A stretch of 64,000 nt of DNA from Escherichia phage outra: sequence record MN850645.1; one strand, 5' to 3'. A program made the translations under genes and the position numbers. The notes below the pieces were generated by a model that did no database searches, was not told where the DNA came from, and was given only the letters and a program-made list of their open reading frames with translations. Within the stretch, counting starts at the first letter, position 1, and the number at the start of each line of letters is the position of its first letter. Shown one piece after another: positions 63,778 to 64,000 of the stretch.

Positions 63778-64000
63778 ATGAAAATTGTACACGATGAAAT
63801 TCAATTTGAAGAGAGTGATCTTCTTGATCTGGATGTGACACTAAGTAAACTGATCTACAACGCACTTTCTGCATATCGTGCAAAAGTGATAGCCACAAAC
63901 AATGTTAAAATTCCTAGCGGGTTACTTCGTCGGATGTACCCACACGCTAAAGGTGACTATCTACCTTATATGGAAGAACGAGCAGCAGAACACTGGTTAG
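63778..64000 (+). CDS. hypothetical protein, 5' partial (runs off the window end)
   Basis: ATG at 63778 preceded by AAGGAGAG; the frame is open to the end of the window. Confidence 0.4.
   Translation, partial: MKIVHDEIQFEESDLLDLDVTLSKLIYNALSAYRAKVIATNNVKIPSGLLRRMYPHAKGDYLPYMEERAAEHWL

Noticed and set aside
1-64000. tRNA genes, integrase, repressor or other lysogeny functions
   Set aside because: No intergenic region is long enough and structured like a tRNA by eye (gaps mostly under 160 nt and occupied by small ORFs, promoters or terminators), and no recombinase or repressor motif was recognised. A tRNAscan run would be needed to exclude tRNAs formally.

Overview
This window reads as part of a large virulent tailed-phage genome (myovirus type, AT-rich, strong GGAGG-like ribosome binding sites, several TTG/GTG starts). 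All calls are from reading the sequence and from motif recall; no searches were run. Positions 1-26,290 (+ strand) are a late structural module: neck candidates, tail sheath, tail tube, a tail chaperone pair with a -1 frameshift site, tape measure, a Mu/P2-like baseplate (hub, HxH spike, gp25/W-like, J-like, I-like), tail fiber plus assembly protein, and three further receptor-binding proteins (pectate-lyase-like tailspike, collagen-like fiber, esterase-domain fiber). A bidirectional terminator at about 26,292-26,313 separates this from a long minus-strand block (26,320-63,360) holding replication and nucleotide-metabolism genes (family A DNA polymerase, T7 gp4-like primase-helicase, SSB-like protein, UvrD-like helicase, T4-like NrdD/NrdG) interleaved with accessory genes. 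The most interesting accessory content is a phage-borne tellurite-resistance-like (Ter) neighbourhood: TerD, a vWA TerY-like protein, TelA-like, TerC, a glycine-zipper lipoprotein and small membrane proteins, immediately followed by a TARG1/DarG-type macrodomain, a PRTase-fold protein and a HAD-type hydrolase with overlapping reading frames. Other accessory genes are a block of four glycosyltransferase-like genes (two tandem paralogs), a DNA methyltransferase cassette flanked by near-identical hairpin repeats, a minimal CCA/poly(A)-polymerase-type nucleotidyltransferase, and a signal-peptide-bearing SleB-like cell-wall hydrolase. No tRNA, CRISPR array, integrase or repressor was recognised. 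A divergent promoter region lies at about 63,360-63,475.
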